Of a stretch of DNA of 64,000 nt, positions 1 through 13,599 are shown one piece after another; the first letter of the stretch is position 1; each line of letters starts with the position of its first letter. Origin of the DNA: Bispira polyomma (Eukaryota); the NCBI GenBank assembly GCA_965649765.1, contig OZ287755.1:52390001-52454000 (forward strand). Reading direction: 5' to 3'. Under the pieces are notes generated by a model. The model saw nothing but the letters and a program-made list of their open reading frames with translations, made no database searches and was not told where the DNA came from. Both the position numbers and the translations under genes were made by a program.

Positions 1-133
1 CTGGCTAATTAGCATGTATGTGATCAACAAGTTCAATTCATCAGCATACCAGAAAAGTTAAATATCGTCGTTTAGTGTGGAGATAGCTCATTCATTGCTG
101 ACTAGGTCAACAACCAACACATAAGGAGACGCC

Positions 134-438
134 ATGGACTTTACTTGCGCAATTCTTAGTTTTCTAATTCTGAGGTTGGCTTTGGGACTTCAACCAGTTG
201 TTCAAAATAATTCAATGTGTCTGGAAAACATTTGTGTTTTTGACACTGTGAAGTTTCCAGACACTTTAGATTACTTGCTGACAGTTCCCAAAGAACCTGG
301 TACCACAAGGATGTTTTTGTCCATGAGTTCCAGTCCCAACCAGTATAGTGCTGTTGCTTACGAATACTTCGCATCTACCATGACCATGGCGTATAAGGCA
401 TTGTGTCAATTTGGAGGTATTAGAAACCAAACATTTGA
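134..438 (+). CDS. Variable first coding exon V1 of receptor guanylyl cyclase-like gene (signal peptide + ectodomain N-terminus)
   Basis: gccATGg start; hydrophobic MDFTCAILSFLILRLALG; motifs CLENICVFD, TTRMFLS, YEYFASTMTMAY shared with five paralogues; ends TTT GA|gtaagt (305 nt, phase 2), compatible with acceptor at 50638. Confidence 0.85.
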
Positions 439-950
439 GTAAGTATTTTGTTATAGTTGCTGTTGCATTTTCTGCATTTTTATGTCATAGCATAAAAGTT
501 ACTGTTTAAGAGGAACATGTTGCTTATATTTCACTAATTTAAAACTTTTACAGAAATTTATTGAATTTAATTTTTACTTTTGGCCAAAACGTTTTTAATT
601 GCATTTGTAACAAGTAAGTGTTGCGTATCAATAGATATTGGAAAATTTACAGATTATTTTAAATGCCACAACATATAGACCGCTTACCTGTTCAAATTTA
701 AATATCGAGATGCATATCTAAAATAATTTGCTGTACAGAAACAATTGCAAGCCTACTTAAATGCATCAAAGCTTCTAAAAACATTTTAAGCCCTTTGGAT
801 CATCCGCATGTCATTAAACAGCCACAAAAAACATAGATAATTGTTAAAGATAGGGATATATTTTGGAGGACAAGTGTTATATAGTAAAAGTAATAACAAG
901 GCAGCTGCAATCCACATCAGCCTAAAAGGCTTATATTAGTCAATATAAAT

Positions 951-1830
951 AATGATTATATCAAATATATAATCACATTTATATCGCCAAAGAAAGGCTA
1001 ACTTTGTATGTGAGGTTTTGTCCATCACTGATATTTACCAGGTGGGGTTGAAGTGTTGAAAAACCTGTGTGTGTGTGTAGCCAGTCCAAGCTTTGCTCTT
1101 ATAATACATGTAAGTTAGGATTCTAACCATATCAATGTCAATATGTGTATTCTGTTTCCCTTCTTTTTTCTGTGTGGGTGAGAGATACCTGGGGTATTTT
1201 GAGTTTGTGTCCCTCACCACATTTATGTAAATAAATAATGTATATATGTCACTTGTGTGATGTAATCAAATTTTAAAGATCTTGTATACTTAGTTTAATA
1301 TATACATTTTGTCAGTTGATTAAACTGGCCATTTCAATCGACATCTTGTGTTTTCATCTTAATTTATAAATATTTCTGAATATGGGCTGATACAAATCAT
1401 GATTATATTAAATATATAATCACATTTCTATTGCCAAAGGAAGGCTAACTTTGTATGTGAGGCTCAGTCCATCACTGATATTTACCAACTGGGGTTAAAG
1501 TGTTGAAAAACCTGTGTGTGCGTGTGCAGCCAGTCGAAGCTTTGCTCTTCACTGACACAGATATATATTATTATATTGTTCTTCCCTTTTATGAAATAAT
1601 ACTAGTGGAAAAAATAACCCACGTCCACCCCAGTCTCCACTCTCAAAACGGTATATTTCTGTATGACCATTTCTGTATCTTTTGTTTTGTAAATCATACT
1701 TTTTAGACTAATATTGGTGGGTTTGTGTCCTTTACAATTTTGTCAGTTGAATAAACTGCCCATTTCAAGCCACATCTTGTGTTTTCATCTTAGTTTATAA
1801 ATATTCCTGAATTTGGGCTGATACAAACAA
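951..1830 (+). repeat. Local ~450-bp tandem duplication in V1 intron
   Basis: 951-1100 ~ 1398-1549 and 1308-1397 ~ 1738-1828. Confidence 0.8.
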
Positions 1831-4199
1831 TGTTAAAACAGCTATTGATATTTGGCGCCACGACCATTATTTTTGATCCTTGTAGTCTTTTGAAAGAGGG
1901 GTATGCAGACATCAAACACAATAAAATCCAAATGTATGCAGAACCACATGGTGCCCTTAAAATGGTGTACTTAAAGTCCCACGACTAATGGGTTGTCACA
2001 CAAATGTTCAACTCTTTTCTATGGAGTTTAAAAGTTATGTATATATCTAACTATTTTCACCAACATAGTTTCTCTTGAATAATTATATAAATTACATTTA
2101 AATAAAAAGTGAAATTATTCTTTAATTGATTCAGCATTGCAACATTTACGAATAGTTTGATATGTGAAATTATGGAGGAAAAATTCTAACTTCTAAATAT
2201 TGAGTGTATCTTAAGTGGTGGGATATAGGGGCAAATAGTCTGGCAAATAAAAATTGGTTTTCATTATGATCATGTCCTTATTTCAAAACTTGGAAATCCT
2301 ATTCTCATAATGTTTGACATTATTATCTAGGAGTCAACATATACATTATGTATATTCAGGTAGGAGAATTTGTTGGCTTTTAAATTATAAACGCACTGCA
2401 CATTACGGAACACACATACAGCAGCATAGCTGTACTACAACCGTTGTTAATATTAAATAGTTACTACACTAAAAAGATATGTTTATATAATAACATTAAC
2501 ACAAATATACTTATGCCAACTGGTCATTATACTGTCAGCCTCTCGTCCCTAACATAATGGGCTTTAACGTTGTGATTTTTAAATCATAAACCTTTTTGTC
2601 TGTTGAACAAAGATGTCATTGATTATCTTTTTTGCTACTCGATTGTGGATGCCTTAAATTGAAAACCTGACTGATGGAAGTAGTTCACTTTAAATTTACA
2701 GTACATATTCCTTTTTTCGAAAATTTACCAAGGTGACGGCTCACTATGTGTTCATCCCACCACCTAGAAGTCTTTCAAGTGAGCCAGTCTCTTATCAGAG
2801 CCACGTTTGTCCTATTCTTATTCCAGAGCTTTCTTCCAGAATTTTGAGCTTGATTGGGCTTTTCCATTGTGCCAGATTTAATGGTGAAAGAAACCGGTGC
2901 GGAGGCACTGTAAACCAACGACCCACCGCAAGTATCTGACAACCTGTCCCACAAGATAAAACAAATGGGATTTAAATGGGAATTTAATCACTGGGCCACA
3001 GTCCGGTCCACTACAAGCCTCTTTAAGACGAATTGTCAATTAAAAATGGCTCAGTCTGTTTCCAGTCGTCATAGTGGCCTAAAAGAAGGGCAACATTAAC
3101 AACAACCAAAATAATCTAAGTATACATCTGAAGGACGGCATAGCTGCAAAGCTGTCGTCCTTCAGGTAGGATATTCTCTATTCCATTCTGAAGTGGTTGC
3201 CACAGTAAAGGCATATTAACTGGAATGGCCTGGTACTAGCACAAGATAGGCATGTGGCACATGAGTCTAGTGAATTGCACCAAATGCCTTAGGTAAATTG
3301 GCTGACCAGCTGCTTTAGATGTAAGAACATTGACAAAGGATTCCATATTGAATTGGGTGCCAGTGCCATTCCTTGCCATGCAGTGATGAGTTAATGTTAA
3401 GATAGTTGTGACAGCCACTAACCGAGACATTTGCCAGCATTACTGCAGATATATGTGACTATCATCTCCTGCTTCAGCAATACTTGACAATCGATTGGCA
3501 TATATTCCTCAAAAGAAAGCAAAGATTCAAATATGACCCCAAATTACTAGAACATGTAGTAGATAATTTTAGATGTTAAAATACATACTACTATATAATA
3601 TTTGACTGCTTTTTAAAGATTTCAGTATTTTTGAGTTGACTGAAATCAAAATTAACAAGCTCTACCAAACGACCATGAAAAATAGTAAATAACATCAACA
3701 GATAATGGTAATAGTTGATGCTGTGCTGTTGAAAACATATAATGTTCTACAAAATCATAAGCATTTTATAAATGTTAGGTGACAGATCGTACCGATACAA
3801 GTTCCAATTATCTTTACATATAGAAACGATTTTCTTTTTGTACAGTTACTTTGTTCATATGAGCCACTAACTTGTACATACTAATCCTGTTTGGTAATTA
3901 AAATGTGTTAGCATCACCGTGAGGATTCATGCCCCACAGGTAAAGATTTTAACTAATTAGTTTGCCCTTCCTTGACTGGCTTTGTGATGAGCAGCATGGA
4001 ACTCTATGTGTTATAAGAAGCTCAATAGATGGTGAGAAGCTAATGGGGTGATTTTCCATGATCCCCAGTCGGTTGTTCATACAGATGCCATCTTTGTCTC
4101 TACCTGTACATGTATTTATCAAAAGTGTCAAACTCCAAGCAATGTCAACAGCTGTCTGTGCTTTCTGGTGAGTACATTTATGGACTATTGTCAAAAGTT

Positions 4200-4420
4200 T
4201 AAACAAATATTCTGTAGCCATTGGAGTGTCTTTAGTGCCTGTGAACTACTGCTGTATTTGTCTAAGTTTAGAACAAGCTTTGCTGCTGCATTTTGCAATT
4301 TTTGCATGCGACTTATCTCTTTCTCATGCAAGACCGTGAAGATACCATAGCCATATCCAGATGGGATCAAACAAGGCTATACACTACTTGTTTGTATATA
4401 TCTATCAATATACTTGGTGG
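4200..4420 (-). mobile_element. L2/CR1-type LINE 3' ORF2 fragment
   Basis: Minus-strand translation RMQKLQNAAAKLVL...ALKTLQWL. Confidence 0.7.
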
Positions 4421-5155
4421 AAAATTGTGGTACTAATAAAACCTGGAGGTGCTTACACCATGGTATCGCCATTGCTGCATGAGTTGTTAGCTTAGCAAGG
4501 TTACGTATAACTGCAATGGGCATCAAAAATAAGTTTTATACCAGGAACGGGTGAATTCATTTCTATTATAAAATCTAGATGTTTTAGTTATTACTGTCTA
4601 TGGGCATAATTTTACCTTATAGTAAGTACCCAGTACATCATATACTCAATCATTTAAGGTTTGGACTGAACTTCAAAATTTATAAAACTTAAACTTAAAT
4701 CACAACCTCAGACTAATGTGACATTATGTCCCCACCTTAAACTCAAACTGGATGTACAGCATAGTAGTTTATAACATAGTAACTAATAATAGTTTTATTG
4801 CAATCTTTTTTACCTTGTTAAAACTTACCTTAAACATTTCAAATATCTTGTCCCTGGAACCAGAGGAACTGATATATATTATAGTAGTGAACATTAGGTG
4901 TTTGTCTAGTAGGGTTTTATAAGCAGTTGTATGCAGTTTGTTATACCAAGGCTTCATCATAGATAAATGAGTTTGATAAGGGTTTTGCAACACACATTTG
5001 ACTGGGACTTAATTTTGCCGTTGTCCAGTCAATTTGGGGGCTTAAAAATGGGGCCAAGCTAACTTAAATAATGAGTTCAGTGCACTGGGTTTTTACTTCT
5101 TTCACAGTATACACCATATAGTACAGTCTGTACATATGTATTCTTAGTATGACTC

Positions 5156-5411
5156 GGGGCCGCGGTGGCCTAGCAGTTAGAAAGTATTGCACTTCACAAT
5201 CACTGGTCTCTCACCTCTGGGCGGCGTGAGTTTGAATCCCGTCGATGCCTATGTGGGAAAGGTGGTAGTTCCTTACTGTGGGCCACTGGTTTCTCTGCAG
5301 AACCTTGACCGACTGTATACAGTGTTTCCTCCAGCGTTTCCGAAAACCCGTCCCAATATAACCTACTAAAAGGTACTAGAGTGGACGTTAAATATCCAAA
5401 TTCAAATTCAA
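5156..5411 (+). mobile_element. tRNA-derived SINE family A, full length
   Basis: A-box/B-box head, (aaattc)n tail, 16-bp TSD attcttagtatgactc (5140-5155 / 5412-5427). Confidence 0.9.
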
Positions 5412-6581
5412 ATTCTTAGTATGACTCCCAGTCGTCCTGAGAACTGTCCACATAATTTGACTAATTCTTATCTCACAGACAGATATCTCTAGCTGGTATA
5501 GTTAGTTATAAGATGGTGGGAAGCTTACCTTGTGAAAAAAACAAAATCTAAATAGATATATTTTTAAATAGAAATATGAAATGATTTGTGTTTCTTCATA
5601 AAGAAAGGCCACCTATAGACTTTGTGTGGTCTAATCTAATCATTTCCATAATGGTGTTTACTCTCCGTACTGGCTGATTCTAAGGAGCAACAACCGAAAT
5701 CAGTGTTCAGTAGTTGTGTTGTGTTGGACAGAAGATAAGGTTATGTTGTTAATACGATTTTTTGTGGTAAAATTTACATTCTGTAAAAGCCAAACTTAAC
5801 TGTCTCAGCTGGATTCAAACAAAAAATTATATTTTAGAAAAAGTCCCTTCATACCTGGTTTTTATAAAACATTCAATGGGTAGTGAAATCTCTTAAGGAA
5901 ATCCTAACTAGATCCTAACGCGATGGCAGTGAAGTAAATCTGGAGTAGTCAATATAAAAAGACCCCCTCAAAAAAAAAAAAAAAAATGGACTGAGCCCGT
6001 GTCATGTGTGTTGGTAGTTACAGAGAATTGACAGGGCATTTCTCAGTCCAACGGGTGTAAGTCATAAGTTAAAACATAGGATATAACTTGTTTGGAGCTT
6101 TATTTGTTAAAAGGATTAGTTAACATCAATAGTTAGCATGTTACACAACCACAACTTCAACTAATACTATTAGTCTACTAACAGCTATCAAGCAATGTCT
6201 GTCCCCTGACTCATTACTTTATTACTATGTTAATACTATCAACATTTAGTTAATATTTACAGTTCCTTTATAGCTGTGTAAGGCGTTACATAAAGGATGA
6301 TAACATTGACAACTTAAAATAAGATGCATCAGCATCAAGTTAAAACATATGCGACAGGTAGATAATTACACTGTATTAAGAAGCATCAGACTTGCTTCCT
6401 GTTGGCGGTTAATGAAATTATACAGTATTATAAAATGACAAGTGTCATTATCAACCTGTTTGTTACTATATCTGCTTACGTATCTGTTGGGTTTAACCCC
6501 TTAGGGTGTTACCGTGAACTAGTAATTACAGACATTAGGATATTTAAAAGATAAAAGTGAAGGTACCAAACCCCAAGCAAG

Positions 6582-7578
6582 TTAAGTAGGTATAGTTTTA
6601 ATTAGATTTTTGAAAGTAGAGGGAACAATAGCAGCTGTAGAGGGAGTTGCACTTAAATATTTCCAGACAGCCTCGCTCTTCCAGTTTCCATGCTGCTTGA
6701 TATTTTCCAAATTTATATTGTTTTCAAATGCTAGGGTTGCACCACTTCTTCTAAATGAATGAAAAGTAAAATGTTTAGGATTTAGTCCAATCTTGGCTAC
6801 CATAACTTTAAGAAAGGAACGAGCTTTAAAGGCTGTAAGGATTGCTAAGCCCTTTTTTGTATGGATTTGAAAAAGGGGGTATTTTTATCTCCACTAGTAC
6901 CTTTTAATAACTGTTTCAAAGCATCAATAGGACATAAAGGTGAACCTTCTAGTTTGGGCAATTGTACTACATGTATTTCCCCTGAATTCTGCATGGTTTT
7001 AGCACATGTCATAACAAGGTGAGCTCCTGGCGAGCCCCAAACTACATCCCCTCTAGTTGGAAATCTTGTTTTATCAAATTATGCAACTGCATTAGGTACT
7101 AAAGAAGCCAGTCTAAAAAAGCCAAAAAAGGCACAAAGGAACAAGGCTTTATAAACTTGAAAATTATAGCATAATTCAGTAGCTTTGATCAACTTCAGTA
7201 ACAACTGTATAGTAAAAACACCTTTGATTTTTGGTTGCATTTTACAATTCATTTTAACAGATTTTACTAACATTGTAGTTTTTCTGCAAGTTAACGCACT
7301 TTTTGGCCACTCGAACATACCAAAATAGTGACTCAGTACTGACATGTGATTCCTAAGAAATCCAGCCTAAGCTTATTCTGTACCAGAAACTCCAGGTAGA
7401 GTAGCACTGTCTGTATGCTGTGAGGGATATGTAGACCCATGTAGACCATAAAAGCAAGAAACAGCCTGAAGTTAGCATCATACATTGAGTGAGTACGAGG
7501 ACGCAATCCTTGAGAGATCCTGTGATCCACCTGGCATTGCAGTAGAAAAACCATTTTGTTGCCTACAACAAAGAACAT
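6582..7578 (-). pseudogene. Tyrosine recombinase (frameshifted)
   Basis: FFGFFRLASL, HSFRRSGAT, HGNWKSEAVWKY catalytic R...HxxR...H/W...Y signature split over several frames. Confidence 0.9.
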
Positions 7579-7639
7579 TAGGAGCAGTATTTTGTTCAGT
7601 CTAACAGGCCCATTTATACTTAATCATGAAGAAGTTGAA

Positions 7640-8440
7640 CTAAATTTGAAAATTTGGATATAATAGTCTTTCATCAACTTTTTCCCATATACACTTTTTT
7701 AAATGTTCAACTTCAATCATATTCATTTGGTGGTAAAAGTGCCATCTGGATAAAATATCTGCGTTTTTGTTTAAAAATCCCTTAATATGCTTGACCTCAA
7801 GGTTAATGTTGAATGCAGCTGTATATAGCCAGGCTGGTCTTACACATGCCATTAGCCAAGGGTCCTTGACCTTACTATTTTGGAAAGCATGAACAACTGC
7901 ATAGTTGTCGCACCATATTAACACAGTTTGATTTTCCCATTTATTTGCCCATATTTTAAGAGCTACCAATATATTGGCTGCTTCTAAATGGACAATGGAA
8001 GTACAGTTTTTAATAGGTTGAGGTATATCACAGTTGTAAACCAAACCTTGGAAGTAACCCCCTACAATTTGTAATGAGGCATCTACAAAAACTTCCAATG
8101 GCTTAATATGAACCTTTTTAATAGCTACTGTTCCATTAAAACTTTCTAAAAATTCAATAAACCATGCAATATCTCTATAGAAAGTTTCAGGTAATTTAAT
8201 ATTTCCTCTAGCTGGAGAATTCCTTAATACTTGCAATATTCTATTAGTAAACATACGGGCTGGTTGCACACAGCGACGTATATACAATAATTTTCCTGTC
8301 AATTTTTGTAATTGATTACGTGTGGCTATAGTTTTAATTGCCCAATTTTGACATAACCGTTTAATTTGTATTAATTTGTCATTTGGATTGGTCAATGTAC
8401 CTTTGCGAGCATCAATATTGATACCTAAACAAGTAACCAT
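7640..8440 (-). pseudogene. RT thumb / RNase H of YR retrotransposon
   Basis: VFVDAS, IVHLEAANILVA, WCDN, HIKG..N..ADILSR motifs. Confidence 0.9.
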
Positions 8441-9277
8441 GTGACTGGGAGGTTACTCTTTTTTCTTATTCACTGGCAGTCCCAAATATTGCAAAATATC
8501 ATTCAATTTTCTGAAATGACTAAATGCTTGTTTCGGTTTACTGACGCCTACGTAATCGTCTAAATAGTTAATTTCCCATATGTTCTGTTGACGTCACAAG
8601 GTCTGTACACATTTGGCAAGCCGCTGCGCCCGTACAAAACCCGAACGGTAGCCCTATATCTATAAATATTTGCTCTTTCCATTTTAAACAAAGTACCTGG
8701 TAATCAAAGGGGTCTATACGTAAATTTCTGAACGCACGTTCTAAGTCCGTCTTATATAATAATGCTGTTGGTCCAATTTTCTGTATCTGTTGGACAACAT
8801 TGTCTATGGTAGGATAGGTTAAAGTAAAGGGATTCCATCATAATTATTTGCTGCTACACAGCTGTTAACGCTTTCTCCCAAGGGCCATGATAGGTCAACA
8901 ATGACCCTGACCCCCCCCCCCCCCCCCCCATCAGGCTTATCACGTGCCATCAAAGGGGAAAAGTGAGTTCTTTCAAAAGGGGAATTACCAAGAGGGCCTA
9001 TCATGGCCTGTTTTTGTGTTTCCACCTGAAAGTATTTGTCTACCCCTTCAGGGCTTCTTATAGCAGATTGATGGTGTTTAATGTCTATATTATGCTTAAA
9101 AATATCATAATCTATATTCATAGGAAACCCAAATTCGATATAATCTCCCAAAATTTTCAAGTCGTAGCTTTTTAATAACGTCCTCCAGGCATTAATGTGT
9201 AGTCCAGACGGAACTTGTATTCGAGCACCCTTATAGTTGGGGACCCCTTGTAATTTCACTCTACTGTGTATGTCCAT
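8441..9277 (-). pseudogene. Reverse transcriptase (frameshifted)
   Basis: HFSPLMARDKPD...RVIVDLSWP; LYKTDLERAFRNLRIDP near 8715-8765; NYLDDY near 8552-8569 on minus strand. Confidence 0.9.
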
Positions 9278-9303
9278 TAACCATTTACTAGTTGGTTCAA
9301 AGT

Positions 9304-11316
9304 TTATTTTGGTAAAATTTGATTGGGTAATTTACCGAGGAATTTTATGTGGTATAAAGCCAAATTCCCTTTCCCACTGCTTATGATTACAATAATTTGT
9401 ATTACTATTGTTATTGCCCTTATTATTGGAATTATCGCCCGTGTTATTTTGTAGTTACTTTCCTTAATGCTCCCACCACTAGCATAACTAAGACTTAATC
9501 TATTATATTTTATTTGTTTCTTTAACACGTGTGCATTATGCACATGACTGTCCATTATATTGTGTATGTGTACATTATCACCGTATTCATTACGTGTCTC
9601 ACATATGTGTACATTATGTCTTTCACACTCGTGATTTCCGTTTTCACGTGTATTGTGCATTTGTACGTTACTATCATTTTCACAGTATTCTAATAACGTG
9701 TGTACATTATGTTTTATATAGTTGTGTTCATTATAGCTACACATTTCACAATGAACGTCATTAGCATGTTGCATAAACTTATGTGCACTGTAATTTTGAC
9801 CATTTAATTTGCCATATCTATGTGCAATAACTTTATGGCCTTTAAGGTCATATTTATTAATTTCATGATATATAGGTTTTTGTGCATCTGTTTCTTTTTG
9901 GTTACACATTTTACCACTCATATTCTGCCTGTCGTTTTCTTCACCAGTCATTTGTAATGACATATCAAAATTTGTATAAGCCAATATTAAACTAGAATTG
10001 TTATTTCCAATCTGGTCCGAAATTTCATAAGTACTATATTCAATATTACTGTCTATAACAGAATAGAATATTTTCACTTTATTATTAGCCATTTGACAAT
10101 AAACATGAGTACTAAAACGTGTGTCATTAAAATCAACTTGCACGTAACTAAAATCATTGTTGTGAAGGAAGCTTACATGCTGACCACTTCCTGGAGATTC
10201 TAACGTCCCTGTCTCACATTTAACATGTTCAGTATCAAGACTGTGTGTATGTGAGTTATCTATATTAAACCAGTCACTTCCCAAGGTTTTATTATTGGTT
10301 GGCACTTTTAATAAGGTTTCATTGTTAGTATTGACCCTGCGACTAGACATACTGCAACTCTCAAGTGCCGAAGACTGTCTAGTCACTGATATAGGCATAA
10401 TTTCCGCAGAACTACTCACCTGGTCTTTTAGTGTGATATATTCATAAAAACATATGTTGGGGGTGTTAGTACTATTTTGGCCCAATGTGCTTTTACAACC
10501 ATTTTCTATAATATATCCATTGTTTTCAGAACAAGCGTAGGTATTATTAGTACTCTCAGGGCTGCACATGATAAACGACATGTGCCCTCTTGAGCTACCA
10601 ACCTTGACCTTGTTCATCACATTACAATTTTTTACTTTATATTTGTGCACATTATTTGCCACACGACTGTCTATATAGGTGTCACTTTGAACGCATTTTC
10701 TAGAACTGCACGTATTATTATTAACATGGCTTCTAAAACTGCTAGTTAAACTATTTACTTTAGTCGCTTTACTACTTGCACTATCATTAACATGTGCATT
10801 TCTCTGCTCACGATTTTCCTTTACATTTCGCCAAACATTACTTTTAATATTATTTTTACCACTCATGTTTGTACTGCCGTCATATATGACATTACTACTA
10901 AGGACATTCCTCGAACTACGTATATGTTCAGCACGTCTTCTGGGGCTATCCCTTTTAGTTGGCCTATTTCTGTCAATTCTGTGGTATTTATTTTTACTCA
11001 CAGAAGTAACTGCCAAAGGATTTAATTTCTGTCCGTTTACATCGTTTACTTTAGATATATGTTCAGTGTATATAACTAACTCCCTTTCAGTTGGCCTATT
11101 TCTATCAATTCTGTGGTATTTATTTTTACTCACAAAAGTAATTGCCAAAGGATTTAATTTCTGTCCATTTACACTGTTTGATTTAGATATATGTTCAGTG
11201 TATATAACTAACTCATATTCCTTATCAATAGGCCAGTTTGGACCACTCTTGTTAAAGACGTTGCTCTTTACCCCTGTGAGTATTATGGTCATTTTTAAAG
11301 CCACCACCATTAGCAT
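9304..11316 (-). CDS. 670-aa Asn/Ser/His-rich ORF, probable N-terminal extension of the element's pol
   Basis: Open 2-kb frame between gag and RT; contains a 132-bp internal duplication; function unknown. Confidence 0.6.
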   Translation of the reverse strand: MLMVVALKMTIILTGVKSNVFNKSGPNWPIDKEYELVIYTEHISKSNSVNGQKLNPLAITFVSKNKYHRIDRNRPTERELVIYTEHISKVNDVNGQKLNPLAVTSVSKNKYHRIDRNRPTKRDSPRRRAEHIRSSRNVLSSNVIYDGSTNMSGKNNIKSNVWRNVKENREQRNAHVNDSASSKATKVNSLTSSFRSHVNNNTCSSRKCVQSDTYIDSRVANNVHKYKVKNCNVMNKVKVGSSRGHMSFIMCSPESTNNTYACSENNGYIIENGCKSTLGQNSTNTPNICFYEYITLKDQVSSSAEIMPISVTRQSSALESCSMSSRRVNTNNETLLKVPTNNKTLGSDWFNIDNSHTHSLDTEHVKCETGTLESPGSGQHVSFLHNNDFSYVQVDFNDTRFSTHVYCQMANNKVKIFYSVIDSNIEYSTYEISDQIGNNNSSLILAYTNFDMSLQMTGEENDRQNMSGKMCNQKETDAQKPIYHEINKYDLKGHKVIAHRYGKLNGQNYSAHKFMQHANDVHCEMCSYNEHNYIKHNVHTLLEYCENDSNVQMHNTRENGNHECERHNVHICETRNEYGDNVHIHNIMDSHVHNAHVLKKQIKYNRLSLSYASGGSIKESNYKITRAIIPIIRAITIVIQIIVIISSGKGNLALYHIKFLGKLPNQILPK

Positions 11317-12396
11317 TTTTCTGCCTTAAACATTTTGTCAATGGATGTTCATATCTTTTATTGGTTTCTTTCAAGCAATAGGAACAGCAATGTTGGTAAT
11401 TTACCCCATTATGAACGTGATCACTGTCCTGCCGACAATGACTCCTATTATAATGAATACACGCTTGAATTCCCAAACTCGCAGAGGTGGTTTTTGCATT
11501 ATACAACATTCTTTGCGTATTTCTATTTTTCGTTTTCTCAATTAAATCCGGACGAGACCAATCAAGGTGGCCTTTCTCCATGTCTTGTAAAACTACGGCA
11601 TGTGCCCGTTTAGCGGTGGCCATGGATAATTCTATCGCATCTTGCATCAGAATAACACTATATTGTAACATTTTTTGTCTAACATTTTCATCTTTTTGCT
11701 CTAATATACAATATAGCATGCCTTGGACCCACTGCTCAGTTGTCATCTCGTCATAAGTCGGCTGTTTAGAGCCTGACGATACCGAGCAGTAGTCTTGTGG
11801 CCAGCTAATAGGGATCTTTACTTTTGCAACTCCAGCACAGAATCGACCAGATTTTAAAGATGGCACTTTACCTGAGTTCTCGACACGTGAAGCGTTGTCA
11901 TACTTTTGGATTCTCTGCTGAACTTCTGCTTGTATCTTTGAGTTACTTCGGAGCGCTTCAAAGGAAGGCAGTTTCGCTGGATTCGCTGTCTGTGGTTGCT
12001 CAACTCTCGACTTTCTAGCTACAGGGGATTTCGGTGAACTAGCAGCAGACGGCACAATAGAAAGTTCATTGATACTAGCCCTTTCTTCTTGACGTTTTAA
12101 ACGCTCATCCTGAGATTGTAATTGCCTACCCATATTTTTCACTATACACAACAATTCGTCCAGTTTTTTTTCGACACTACTACACTTTGTGTTTCATTCT
12201 GATCAATTTTTTCACAATCTTCCATTCCCCCATTTGCACCTTGTAAAGACACGTGTTCACGTGTTTCACTATTAACTTTACTACTGTCACTTTTTCCTTT
12301 GGCATTGCCCTTACTAACTTTGTCTTGTGCTTTCGGTCCCATTTCACAATGTTTTATAACTTTCTGACAGAATATATGCCAACTTGATTTTTCCAA
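11252..12396 (-). pseudogene. gag-like ORF1 with C-terminal Cys/His zinc finger (frameshift near 12150)
   Basis: CIHYNRSHC...HCCSYC...HPLTKC; two overlapping ORFs 12142-12396 and 11252-12154. Confidence 0.75.
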
Positions 12397-13599
12397 ACTT
12401 TTTTAAAAACTTCTTAAAATTTATTCTAAGATATTTTCCTTGTGTCAGGTGAGCAATATTCAGTACAGACAGACGCAAATCGTCCCACGTGGTTAGCTTC
12501 CACTTCACAACTGAAGACTCAAGCCATGAGGGTGGTATTAAATAGGCCACAATTTGGCGGGAGAAATACTTTGACCCAGACAACTTTGACCATCAGTCAT
12601 TAGGTTGAATTTCTAAACCCCAAGCACATGACTGTCAGCAGTATTCAAGGTTGTTTAATATTATAACCCCCAAGTTTGTAAACCACCAAGTTTGAGGACA
12701 AGCCAACAAACTAGGAAATAAGGGCAAACTTTATTAATTTAGTGTTACCCTCTCTAGGACTGAACAGGGGGGCTATTATATACGCCACTCCAAGAAAATG
12801 TACTACTTATATAATTCAATGTGCTATGTTCAAGTACATAGTTTGTATCTCATTGCATCAAAACCTCATTATCTTTTTAAATATAATTTTATTGGTCTGT
12901 CAACCTTCGAGCCAAAAGAAATCTATATGTTGTAATATCAAATATAGAATTAACAGTGTCAATATTTGCAATACCAATAAAAAGTAGGGAAAACTATCAT
13001 GAAACAGATAACAATTTTAAAAGGTATGTTGGTATTATGAGTTTATTAGTTGGAAATTGACTTACTTTTTTCTAGCAAATGCCGTTGGTGTAACAGTGAG
13101 TTTCGGTTAATAAGAAAAAAAATAAAACACCTAGAAAAGTCACACTATGAAAGTGGAAATTCAGATATACTGCAAAGGCACTGTAAAAGAAATCCATAAA
13201 TCTAGGCGACTTTTCCCTCAATATAATGGTCTTACATGATCTTATGGTCTTATATGTCACTGTTTGACAATTTACTCGAATCGGAAAAATTATCTGTGAA
13301 TAAAACAGCAACGGGTTTCCGTAAATGTATGATTTAACAAACTCCTCGTTGGAATGATCTTGACAAAAAAGCTCATCTGGTTGCTCGTCATGCTTTCTTC
13401 CTCTAGAAGAACTTCAACAAGCCCAAAAATAGTCCAATTGCAGAACTAATGAGAAAAACCCGGGCCAGCTTCAATCAAATATGCTCTACACTCGTGTCGA
13501 AAAAATGTGGACAAGATTAAAGCAAAAAAAAAAAAAGCAAACACAAAAAAAATTGAAAAATAAAGAAACTGCTGCTTTACAAAATAAAGCCAGGAGTTG

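Larger units (their letters stand above)
6582..12600 (-). mobile_element. Ngaro/DIRS-group tyrosine-recombinase retrotransposon, degraded (termini not resolved)
   Basis: Order gag - long ORF - RT - RNase H - YR on minus strand, no methyltransferase seen; multiple frameshifts. Confidence 0.9.

Noticed and set aside
10792-11756. Several + strand ORFs overlapping the retrotransposon
   Set aside because: Antisense shadows of the minus-strand gag and long ORF
6568-12626. aaaccccaagca shared by both ends of the YR element as a split direct repeat
   Set aside because: Only about 12 bp match by eye and I could not extend it, so the termini are left undefined
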